Origin: Candidatus Levyibacteriota bacterium
Lineage (GTDB): Bacteria; Patescibacteriota; Microgenomatia; Levybacterales; UBA12049
Length of the DNA: 59,170 nucleotides
Reading direction: 5' to 3'
NCBI GenBank assembly: GCA_017991775.1
Contig: JAGOPV010000003.1
Span: 1 to 59,170 of the forward strand
The notes beneath the pieces are model-generated. The model worked only from the letters and a program-made list of their open reading frames with translations. It had not been told where the DNA came from and ran no database searches. Of this stretch, positions 51,554-59,170 are shown piece by piece. Each line of letters begins with the position of its first letter. Position 1 is the stretch's first letter. The translations under genes were made by a program, and so were the position numbers.

Positions 51554-52825
51554 ATGGCCACAATTAGACAAATCAAGGCAAGAGAAATCCTAGACGCACG
51601 TGGTTTCCCGACTGTTGAAGTTCTCGTCGAATTATCAGATGGCAGCATAGCAACAGCCTCAAATCCATCTGGCACTTCCAAAAGCACCTACGAAGCTTTT
51701 GAACTTCGTGACAACGATCCAAAAAGACATATGGGAATGGGTGTTCTTCAAGCAGTTGACATGATCACACGCACACTCGCACCACAATTCATAGGCATTG
51801 AGGCGACCAACCAAAAACTCCTTGACCAAACACTCATTGGGATAGATGGAACTCACACGAAAGCTAAGCTGGGAGCGAATACCACTATGCCACTGTCTAT
51901 GGCTTTTGCTAAAGCTGGAGCCAAGAGTCAGTCTACCCCACTTTTTCTCTATCTACGCAATTTTCTGGCAAAAGAGAATGTGCCACTACGAATACCTACT
52001 CCTGCAATGAATATGGTCAACGGCGGTAGGCACGCTGGGAACAACATCAACTTTCAAGAATTCTTAGTTATACCAGCGACATCTCAATCATATTCAAATT
52101 CACTTATGATGGGTGTCACTGTCTACAATAGTCTTCGTGGTCAGCTTAAAAAGGGATCACTTACGACAACAGTTGGAGATGAGGGTGGATTTGCACCAAA
52201 TTTTGAAAATAACGTCGATGCTTTTGACTTTATCTCCCAAGCTGTTTCATCGGCTGCCTTTAGACTTGGATATGACATCTTCATTGGCCTAGATGCGGCT
52301 GCAAAGAACTTCTTTCAGGATCAGGAATACAAGATTAAAGATAAAGAATCTCCTATGAACTCAAATGAACTAATCACATTTTATGAAGAAATTGTTAAAA
52401 AATATCATCTCATCTATCTTGAGGATCCACTAAGTGAAGAAGACTGGCAGGGCTGGAGCACACTTTCCACTAGGCTCACTAGTAAAGCACTCCTTGTTGG
52501 AGACGATCTCACCGCTACCAATCCATTTAGACTACAACAAGCCCTCAATAGTAAATCTATCAATGGCCTTGTCATAAAGCCCGGACAAATTGGTACCGTC
52601 CTTGAATCTCTTGCCGTTGTAGAAATGGGTCGACACGCCGGTCTCAAACTCATCGTCTCGCATAGAAATGGTGAAACCAATGATGATTTTATTGCTGATT
52701 ACTCAGTTGCAATTGGAGCTGATTATGCAAAATTCGGAGCACCAGCGCGAGGAGAATGTGTAGCAAAGTACAATAGACTTTTGGAAATAGAACAACTTCT
52801 TCTTAATTCTAGTCAAGCTGTTTGA
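51554..52825 (+). CDS. eno: enolase
   Basis: IKAREILDARGFPTVEV N-terminus and a SHRNGET active-site variant of SHRSGETED. Confidence 0.95.
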   Translation: MATIRQIKAREILDARGFPTVEVLVELSDGSIATASNPSGTSKSTYEAFELRDNDPKRHMGMGVLQAVDMITRTLAPQFIGIEATNQKLLDQTLIGIDGTHTKAKLGANTTMPLSMAFAKAGAKSQSTPLFLYLRNFLAKENVPLRIPTPAMNMVNGGRHAGNNINFQEFLVIPATSQSYSNSLMMGVTVYNSLRGQLKKGSLTTTVGDEGGFAPNFENNVDAFDFISQAVSSAAFRLGYDIFIGLDAAAKNFFQDQEYKIKDKESPMNSNELITFYEEIVKKYHLIYLEDPLSEEDWQGWSTLSTRLTSKALLVGDDLTATNPFRLQQALNSKSINGLVIKPGQIGTVLESLAVVEMGRHAGLKLIVSHRNGETNDDFIADYSVAIGADYAKFGAPARGECVAKYNRLLEIEQLLLNSSQAV

Positions 52826-53540
52826 GGTTGAGAACGATCACGAACTCTCCTTTTGGCTCTTTCTTCTTAAATACTTCAATTACTTCAGTCAACGTGCCAT
52901 GAATGATCTCTTCATATGTCTTTGTCATTTCTCGACACAAGGCGACTTGAGCATCCCCAAATGTCTCCTTCATCGCTGCAAGAGTCTTTCCTAGCCTGTG
53001 TGGTGCTTCATAAAATATCATCGTAGCACTGACACTCTCCTGAGCCTTAAGTGCGTGTTCAAAAAGGGTCTTTCTGTTGCCTTCTTTTCGAGGCGGATAT
53101 CCGTAGAATACGAACTTATCTGTTGGAAAACCAGATAATGTGAGTGCGCCAATACTTGCAGAAGCTCCAGGAACTGTCACCACTGGAATTCCCTTCTTCA
53201 CACACTCTCGAACGAGTCTGTAGCCAGGATCTGAAATCAAAGGTGTGCCAGCATCTGAGACTAACGCCACAGAAAGACCTGTCTCAAGCGCTGAGACAAT
53301 CTCTGGAATACGCTGCTCCTCATTCTCTTCATAGTATGAGAGCATGCGTTGAAACTTCTCACCATTTTGAGGAAATGCAAATTCTGGATGTCTCTTCTGT
53401 AGCTCACGAAGTAAAAAACCCGTCTTTCGAGTATCTTCACATGCGATACCATCCACTGAAAAAAGCGTCTTAATAGCTCTTATCGTGATGTCATCTAAAT
53501 TACCAATGGGAGTTGCAACGATGTATAAAGTCCCTATCAT
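52809..53540 (-). CDS. rsmI: 16S rRNA (cytidine1402-2'-O)-methyltransferase
   Basis: GTLYIVATPIGNLDDIT...CEDTRKTG motifs. TGCTATAAT lies 6 nt upstream of the ATG and abuts the lexA stop. Confidence 0.9.
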   Translation of the reverse strand: MIGTLYIVATPIGNLDDITIRAIKTLFSVDGIACEDTRKTGFLLRELQKRHPEFAFPQNGEKFQRMLSYYEENEEQRIPEIVSALETGLSVALVSDAGTPLISDPGYRLVRECVKKGIPVVTVPGASASIGALTLSGFPTDKFVFYGYPPRKEGNRKTLFEHALKAQESVSATMIFYEAPHRLGKTLAAMKETFGDAQVALCREMTKTYEEIIHGTLTEVIEVFKKKEPKGEFVIVLNLKQLD

Positions 53541-53555
53541 GGGGTGATTATAGCA

Positions 53556-54185
53556 TTAATACCGTCTGACGAGGCCAACTACTCTTCCCTGGATGCGCAA
53601 AGAGGTAGGATAGATAGGCTCCATACGAGCATTTGCAGGACGCAAAATGACTTTTCCATCTTCTTTATAGAACTTCTTAAGAGTTGCTAAATTATCATCA
53701 ACAAGAGCTACGATTATCTCGCCATTAATCGCAGTACTCACCTTCTCAATCACGACAAAATCGCCATCTAATATCCCATCTTCGATCATTGACTCACCCT
53801 TCACCTGCAAGACATAGGAGGTATTCTTACCTGATAGCATAGAGGCTGAAACCTGGAAGGTAGCATTAGGATCAGTATGTGGCTCAAGTGGAGAACCAGC
53901 AGCGATGAATCCCATCAGTGGAAGATCGATGGATGGAGAAATCTCCTTTGAAAGCGTCGGCATAAAGCTCTCGTCTTTGATCTTAAGTACTCGAGAATTG
54001 CCATCGTCTTTTTTAATATAGTCTTTATCAACGAGGTTACGAATAATAGCGTGAACAGTAGAAACGCTTTTATGTCCTGTGGCATCTGCCATCTCTCGGA
54101 GCGTTGGGGAGTAACCATTCTTAGACTGAAATTGTGCTAAAAATGTTAGTAATTCTCTTTCTTTTCTATATAATACACCTGCCAT
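53556..54185 (-). CDS. lexA: LexA repressor (canonical)
   Basis: LexA_DNA_bind-like N-terminus (GYSPTLREMADATGHKSVSTVH), the FIAAG Ala-Gly cleavage site, GESM Ser and LKKF Lys. Confidence 0.9.
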   Translation of the reverse strand: MAGVLYRKERELLTFLAQFQSKNGYSPTLREMADATGHKSVSTVHAIIRNLVDKDYIKKDDGNSRVLKIKDESFMPTLSKEISPSIDLPLMGFIAAGSPLEPHTDPNATFQVSASMLSGKNTSYVLQVKGESMIEDGILDGDFVVIEKVSTAINGEIIVALVDDNLATLKKFYKEDGKVILRPANARMEPIYPTSLRIQGRVVGLVRRY

Positions 54186-54195
54186 ACAGTTTGAG

Positions 54196-54222
54196 CAGTT
54201 TTTCTATTGGGCAGAAAAACTG
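54196..54222 (-). promoter_or_regulatory. hairpin in the lexA 5' leader
   Basis: CAGTTTTTC-9 nt-GAGAAAACTG-type stem: CAGTTTTTC at 54196-54204 pairs with GAAAAACTG at 54214-54222. Confidence 0.45.
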
Positions 54223-54229
54223 TATGTAT

Positions 54230-54255
54230 AAAATATACGTTTTTTCGTATATTTT
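54230..54255. promoter_or_regulatory. 10-6-10 inverted repeat inside the lexA promoter spacer (candidate operator)
   Basis: AAAATATACG-TTTTTT-CGTATATTTT. On the minus strand it lies between TTGACA (reverse complement of 54256-54261) and TATATT (reverse complement of 54232-54237). Confidence 0.5.
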
Positions 54256-54321
54256 TGTCAATCTCTCAATATAATGCAAACCAGATCAAGATAATTATCA
54301 GCTATTTAGAGGCATCAATGG

Positions 54322-54327
54322 TATAAT
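54322..54327 (+). promoter_or_regulatory. extended -10 box TGGTATAAT, 6 nt upstream of the uvrB ATG
   Basis: TGGTATAAT-ggcttc-ATG. Confidence 0.5.
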
Positions 54328-54333
54328 GGCTTC

Positions 54334-56334
54334 ATGAAATTTAACCTCAAATCAGATTTTAAACCTACCGGCGACCAGCCTCGAGCTATTCAGCAAATGA
54401 CTGATGGAATTAATGCTGGCAAGAAGAGCCAGGTGCTACTTGGTGTGACTGGTAGTGGTAAGACCTACTCTATCGCCAACGTCATACAAAATACCCAAAA
54501 ACCAACATTAGTTATTTCACATAACAAAACTCTTGCAGCTCAACTCTACCAAGAATTTAGAGATTTCTTTCCTGATAATGCAGTCTCCTACTTCGTATCC
54601 TACTATGACTATTATCAACCAGAGGCATACATGCCAACATCTGATACCTATATTGAGAAAGAAGCTCAGATTAACGATGAGATCGATAAGTTACGACTCT
54701 CAGCCACCACCAATCTCCTAACCCGTGATGATGTCATCGTCGTTTCATCAGTCTCCTGCATCTACAACCTTGGCTCGCCTGTTGAGTACTCAAAGTTCAT
54801 CCTATCTCTCGTGGCAGGTATGAAAGTAGCACAAAGAGATATCCTCGTCAGACTTTCAGACCTCCAGTACGCTCGTAATGATTATGAGTTCAAGAGAGGT
54901 ACCTATAGACTCCGCGGTGGCACGATCGAACTTTTACCAGCCTATATGGATACAGGCATCAGAATTGATATGAATGGGGACTATATCACTGAAATTCGTG
55001 AATTTGATCCACTGACTGGAGACACAGTCCAAGTAATGGAAAAAGCTGTCATCTACCCAGCAAAACATTATATGACTGATCCAGCTACTTATGAAAACGC
55101 ATTCAAAAGGATAACTGAAGACGCAGAAAAGCACGTCACCCACCTTAAGTCCCAGGGCAGACTTATCGAAGCTCAGCGCATCCAACAGCGAACAAAATTT
55201 GACCTTGAGATGATCAAAGAAGTCGGCTACGTCAATGGTATCGAGAACTACTCAATTTATTTCGATGGACGAAAAGCTGGAGATCCACCATATACACTCA
55301 TAGATTACTTCGATCACAAAGGTAAAGACTGGCTTCTAATCATCGACGAATCTCACATCACCCTGCCTCAAGTCAGAGGTATGTATACAGGTGATCGCTC
55401 ACGCAAAGAGACATTGATCGATTATGGCTTTAGACTCCCATCAGCTCTAGACAACAGACCGCTGAAATTCGAAGAGTTTCAGCGTCATATTCAAAAAGCT
55501 ATCTATGTCTCAGCCACCCCTGATGAGTATGAGCTATCTCTGGCAACTGAGGAGGATGGCATCGTTGAGCAACTCATCAGACCGACTGGCATCGTCGACC
55601 CTATGGTCTCAGTCAGACCAACTGAAGGTCAGATCGCAGATCTTTTGGCTGAAATTGAAAAAAGAGTTGTCAAAAAAGAACGCGTACTCGTCACAACTCT
55701 GACAAAGAGAATGTCTGAGGAGTTAACTTCCTACCTTGAAGAAAAAGGAATAAAAGTCACTTATCTTCACTCAGATATTGATACGTTAGCAAGACAAGAC
55801 ATCCTAGATCAGCTTAGACGTGGCGATGTCGATGTACTGGTCGGTATCAATCTTTTGCGAGAAGGACTAGACCTACCAGAAGTCACCCTCGTTGCGATCC
55901 TTGATGCTGATAAAGAAGGCTTTTTACGCAGTCGAAGCTCGCTTATCCAGACCATGGGACGAGCTGCGCGTAATATCGCATCTGAGGTCATCATGTATGC
56001 AGATCGTCGAACCAAATCAATGGAAGCTGCGATCGGTGAGGTCGAGAGACGTCGAGAAATTCAGTTAGAATATAACGAGAAACATGGCATTACACCTACC
56101 AATATTGAGAAAGCTATTCGAGACAGACTTACACAGGAAGTAGAAAAGAAAGACGAGAAGAAGTTATCAATAGATGTCCTTATTCAAATGGGTAAAAAGG
56201 AAGTACTTCTTCCAGATGAGAAAGAGGATCTTATCAAAAAGCTCAGGAAAGAGATGAAGGAAGCGGCAAATAAGTTAGATTTTGAGACAGCAACACTGAT
56301 TAGAGACGAGATCCGCGCAGTTGAGGGGAAATGA
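54334..56334 (+). CDS. uvrB: excinuclease ABC subunit B
   Basis: GVTGSGKT Walker A, DESH helicase motif II and a C-terminal UVR domain (FETATLIRDEI). Confidence 0.95.
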   Translation: MKFNLKSDFKPTGDQPRAIQQMTDGINAGKKSQVLLGVTGSGKTYSIANVIQNTQKPTLVISHNKTLAAQLYQEFRDFFPDNAVSYFVSYYDYYQPEAYMPTSDTYIEKEAQINDEIDKLRLSATTNLLTRDDVIVVSSVSCIYNLGSPVEYSKFILSLVAGMKVAQRDILVRLSDLQYARNDYEFKRGTYRLRGGTIELLPAYMDTGIRIDMNGDYITEIREFDPLTGDTVQVMEKAVIYPAKHYMTDPATYENAFKRITEDAEKHVTHLKSQGRLIEAQRIQQRTKFDLEMIKEVGYVNGIENYSIYFDGRKAGDPPYTLIDYFDHKGKDWLLIIDESHITLPQVRGMYTGDRSRKETLIDYGFRLPSALDNRPLKFEEFQRHIQKAIYVSATPDEYELSLATEEDGIVEQLIRPTGIVDPMVSVRPTEGQIADLLAEIEKRVVKKERVLVTTLTKRMSEELTSYLEEKGIKVTYLHSDIDTLARQDILDQLRRGDVDVLVGINLLREGLDLPEVTLVAILDADKEGFLRSRSSLIQTMGRAARNIASEVIMYADRRTKSMEAAIGEVERRREIQLEYNEKHGITPTNIEKAIRDRLTQEVEKKDEKKLSIDVLIQMGKKEVLLPDEKEDLIKKLRKEMKEAANKLDFETATLIRDEIRAVEGK

Positions 56335-56374
56335 ACAATCTCTCTTCCGTGTCTGCCAGAATGACGAGGGGGAT

Positions 56375-56959
56375 TTATTCTTTAGAGCTAAGATCATTCC
56401 ACGCTTGTCTATCAAATACTGCTCTATTTCTTCTTTGTGCCTCCTGTTCAAGCCTACCACCCCGGTGAGCATGACCAATAACTCCATCAAAAATATCGCT
56501 ATTATTGCGATCGTCAAATCGATCTTCTTCTGGATACGGCTTAATGCTGTCGGATCTTCTTGCGATATTCCCAGGACGATTCGTAGATAAGTCTTCTGGC
56601 CCATCTACATCTGCAGGATCTTGACTGTATCTAGCACGCTCGGTTGATAGATATCTGATGCCACTCAATGGTACTATCCCTCCGGCTGGCGTATTCTTCA
56701 TATCCAGCTCGACGAGGTCAAAAAAAGTATCTGATTGTCTTTGAAAATTCCTAATTGCGCCTTCTGAATTAATATCCAGCCCTATTACTGCTCCATCTTG
56801 AGGATCAAGATCTCTATATACGCTAGTCATGTCAGGTGTGTGAAATATTCCTGGTATTTCGCTGATTTCAGCTGCGGGAGCTGCTTCTCTGCTTGGCACG
56901 CGTGCCTGTTCCCCATCTAGATCGAAGACTCTTTCTTCTATATGCTCTCTTTCACTCAT
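56375..56959 (-). CDS. hypothetical protein (194 aa, acidic, low complexity)
   Basis: The ORF starts 4 nt after the pyk stop. No recognisable domain. Confidence 0.45.
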   Translation of the reverse strand: MSEREHIEERVFDLDGEQARVPSREAAPAAEISEIPGIFHTPDMTSVYRDLDPQDGAVIGLDINSEGAIRNFQRQSDTFFDLVELDMKNTPAGGIVPLSGIRYLSTERARYSQDPADVDGPEDLSTNRPGNIARRSDSIKPYPEEDRFDDRNNSDIFDGVIGHAHRGGRLEQEAQRRNRAVFDRQAWNDLSSKE

Positions 56960-56962
56960 ATC

Positions 56963-58384
56963 TTATACTCTTTCGACCAAGATCATATTGGTCGTCCCCG
57001 ATTCACCAAAGGGCATGCCAGCTGCTATCACAAAGGCTTCGCCCTTTTTAAGTGAGATGACAGAATTCTTCGTTGCAATCTCCTTAGCCTGAACAGTCAT
57101 GTCTATAAATCCTTTTGTAGGCTGGATCATGAAGGGAAAGACACCATAGGAGAAGTTAAGATGCCTAATAGTTTCAGCAACCGGTGATAGCGCAATAATG
57201 ATCTGGGAGTGACGGTGTCTGGAAATCCTCCGTGCAGCTTTTCCCTGATGAGTGAATGCGACGATAAGTCTAGCCCCGATCTGATCTGCCATATCCCCTG
57301 CTGAGAGACTGACTGCATTGCCAATAGCTTGCTCATCATCATACTTACGGACAGTGACATAAGGCACTGCATCCTCAATAATTTGAGCCATCATGGTCAC
57401 AGTCTCAACAGGAAATTTACCCATCGCACTCTCACCTGACAACATCACAGCGTCAGTTCCGTCTAAAATAGCATTGGCGACATCCGTGACTTCAGCTCGC
57501 GTTGGTAATGGATTGGAGGTCATCGACTCTAACATCTGTGTAGCAGTGATCACAGGCTTGGCTCTCTTGAGACCTAGTGTGATGAGCTTTTTTTGTAGAT
57601 GTGGTACTTCACTCATTGGTACTGCAAGACCAAGATCACCTCGGGCTACCATGATCCCATCTGCTGCAGTGATGATCTTTTCGATATTCTCAATCGCTTT
57701 TGCGGTCTCGATCTTAGCGATGAGCATGATGCTGGAGTCTTTTGGTAGCATTTTACGAACAGCTGTGACATCTTTTTCATCTTGAACAAAAGAAATGGCG
57801 AGAGCATCAACGCCATTTTCTACCATCAGTTCAACATCTTCTCGATCTTTTTTCGTGAGACCGTGATTATCAAGCGAAAGGCCTTGTGCATAAAATCCTT
57901 TAAAGGAGACCAGCGGTCCACCCACCACAACACGTGCGATAGCCTTTTCCTTACCCTCTACTTCAACGACCATACGGATCTTGCCATCATCGACAAATAT
58001 CTCAGCACCTTTCTTAAGCTGGGGAATGATGGTGGGATAATTAACAGAAAGTCTTGTAGCTGTCCCCTCGACTGCCTTGTGCCAGACCTCAACGAGACTA
58101 TTGTTGGTAAGAACTACACCCTTTTCAACTTTACCAATACGGATTTTTGGTCCAGCGAGGTCACCCATGATAGAAATAGGTCGTCCAATTTTCTTTTCAA
58201 CCATGCGCATATCTGCAATGAGTCTCTTTACTTCCTCTGCTGGCTGGTGAGATAAATTAATACGATAGACATCGACTCCCGCTCGTGCAAGATCAAAGAG
58301 GAGTTGGAAGGTATTACTGGAGGGACCGATGGTGGCTACAATCTTTACTTTCTTGTTATACATACTAGATTGTAAGAATACCAT
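56963..58384 (-). CDS. pyk: pyruvate kinase
   Basis: KIVATIGP, MVARGDLG and the typical barrel and C-domain layout. 473 aa. Confidence 0.9.
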   Translation of the reverse strand: MVFLQSSMYNKKVKIVATIGPSSNTFQLLFDLARAGVDVYRINLSHQPAEEVKRLIADMRMVEKKIGRPISIMGDLAGPKIRIGKVEKGVVLTNNSLVEVWHKAVEGTATRLSVNYPTIIPQLKKGAEIFVDDGKIRMVVEVEGKEKAIARVVVGGPLVSFKGFYAQGLSLDNHGLTKKDREDVELMVENGVDALAISFVQDEKDVTAVRKMLPKDSSIMLIAKIETAKAIENIEKIITAADGIMVARGDLGLAVPMSEVPHLQKKLITLGLKRAKPVITATQMLESMTSNPLPTRAEVTDVANAILDGTDAVMLSGESAMGKFPVETVTMMAQIIEDAVPYVTVRKYDDEQAIGNAVSLSAGDMADQIGARLIVAFTHQGKAARRISRHRHSQIIIALSPVAETIRHLNFSYGVFPFMIQPTKGFIDMTVQAKEIATKNSVISLKKGEAFVIAAGMPFGESGTTNMILVERV

Positions 58385-58406
58385 TTCTAGCTATAAGATT
58401 CAATAA

Positions 58407-58772
58407 CTATCCTATATTTTTTACCAAAGAAATTTGTGGTTGATCACTAAGCTCTACAGAAACAGCATCTAGCCGGAGTAATTTAGGAAGATTTGGATGG
58501 TGTGCTAAATATGTGAGCGCAGTTCGTCGCATAGCCTGTAATTTGAGATAACCGATGGATTCAAGAGGAGTTCCAAATGTATTATTTTGACGAGTTTTGA
58601 CTTCGATAAAGCAAAGAGTGGGAATATTCTCAGATATATCTATCCCAATGATATCTATCTCACCGCTTCGAGTTCTAAAATTTCGCTCGATTATCATATA
58701 TCCGTGGTGTTTTAAATAGTTAATGGCAAGTAACTCGCCCTTATCACCCTGATCCTTTTTAAAACGCGACAC
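58407..58772 (-). CDS. YraN family (UPF0102) endonuclease
   Basis: GDKGELLAINYLKHHGY...ERNFRTRSGEIDIIG...FIEVKTR. GTG start. Confidence 0.85.
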   Translation of the reverse strand: MSRFKKDQGDKGELLAINYLKHHGYMIIERNFRTRSGEIDIIGIDISENIPTLCFIEVKTRQNNTFGTPLESIGYLKLQAMRRTALTYLAHHPNLPKLLRLDAVSVELSDQPQISLVKNIG

Positions 58773-58792
58773 AACTAAATAATAAGTGAGAT

Positions 58793-58867
58793 GAGGAGTT
58801 AGTTACTAGGGGCTAGAAATTAGTTAAGATCTGAACTAATTCCTAGTTCCTATCTTCTAATAACTAA
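58793..58867. repeat. heptad-phased imperfect inverted repeat (TAG/CTA family)
   Basis: TAG ends at 58802, 58809, 58816 and 58823. CTAA/CTAG/CTAT/CTAA/CTAA start at 58836, 58843, 58850, 58857 and 58864. Confidence 0.7.
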
Positions 58868-59158
58868 TTATGGGCGGATCTTCTCTTTATGAAGATAGGT
58901 AAGCTTTGAACGTCGAATGCGATACTTTGAGTGCTCTTTTACTTCAACTTTTTCGATAAATGGTGAGCCAATCTGCCAGATCTTCTCAACAGCAACGCCA
59001 CCAACTTCTTTCTTAACTGTGAAAGTTTTACTGTCACCACGGCCGCGGATCTGAAGTACTGTGCCTTGAAAAATCTGAATACGAGTCTTCTCGCCTTCTT
59101 TAATTTTCTGGTGAACGCGTACAATATCGCCTGGAATGAAATCAATCGCTGTAATCAT
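58868..59158 (-). CDS. rplS: 50S ribosomal protein L19
   Basis: GDIVRVHQKIKEGEKTRIQIFQGTV...RGRGDSKTFTVKK, typical of L19. Only 12 nt of upstream sequence lie inside the window. Confidence 0.85.
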   Translation of the reverse strand: MITAIDFIPGDIVRVHQKIKEGEKTRIQIFQGTVLQIRGRGDSKTFTVKKEVGGVAVEKIWQIGSPFIEKVEVKEHSKYRIRRSKLTYLHKEKIRP

Positions 59159-59170
59159 GAAGCTATTATA

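Overview
This is a 59-kb chromosomal segment of an AT-rich, small-genome bacterium using the standard genetic code. The 934-aa ORF, for example, ends in TGA. Gene content suggests a Patescibacteria/CPR-like organism, but that is inference only: archaeal-type PGI/PMI, DUF2079, a short holA-like gene, many membrane or secreted orphans and few Shine-Dalgarno (SD) sites. I found no rRNA, CRISPR array, transposase, integrase or reverse transcriptase.

Recognisable content:
- Nucleotide-excision repair and SOS genes: uvrA, uvrB, uvrC, a canonical lexA and a second LexA-like S24 repressor.
- A sugar-phosphate and lower-glycolysis string: pgm, IMPase-family, cupin PMI, SIS PGI/PMI, ppsA, eno, pyk.
- A MacAB-like efflux operon.
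- Cell-envelope glycosylation genes: GT2 plus a GT-C/GH99-like fusion.
- Four tRNAs: Arg-TCG, Lys-CTT, Lys-TTT, Glu-TTC.
- Housekeeping genes: rnhB, secG, rsmI, dus, rplS, yraN.

The most unusual features:
1. Two tandem small-gene cassettes at about 29.8-31.1 kb. They share a structured, covarying 5' leader and a conserved two-hairpin 3' module, and they encode three paralogous 66-82 aa proteins plus a possible 49-aa membrane peptide.
2. A wider set of orphan genes that are G+C-richer than their surroundings and have an SD site, a leader hairpin and a strong terminator. They sit among native genes whose extended -10 boxes lie only 6-9 nt from the start codon, which implies leaderless mRNAs.
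3. A LexA paralog with two CTGTAC-N4-GTACAG operators in its own promoter. The canonical lexA carries a different 10-6-10 inverted repeat in its promoter spacer.
4. Two tandem [tRNA + GIY-YIG nuclease] units.
5. Long intergenic imperfect hairpins built from exactly phased 7-nt (CTAG) or 8-nt (GATAY) repeats.

All functional calls come from motif recognition by eye. No searches were run.
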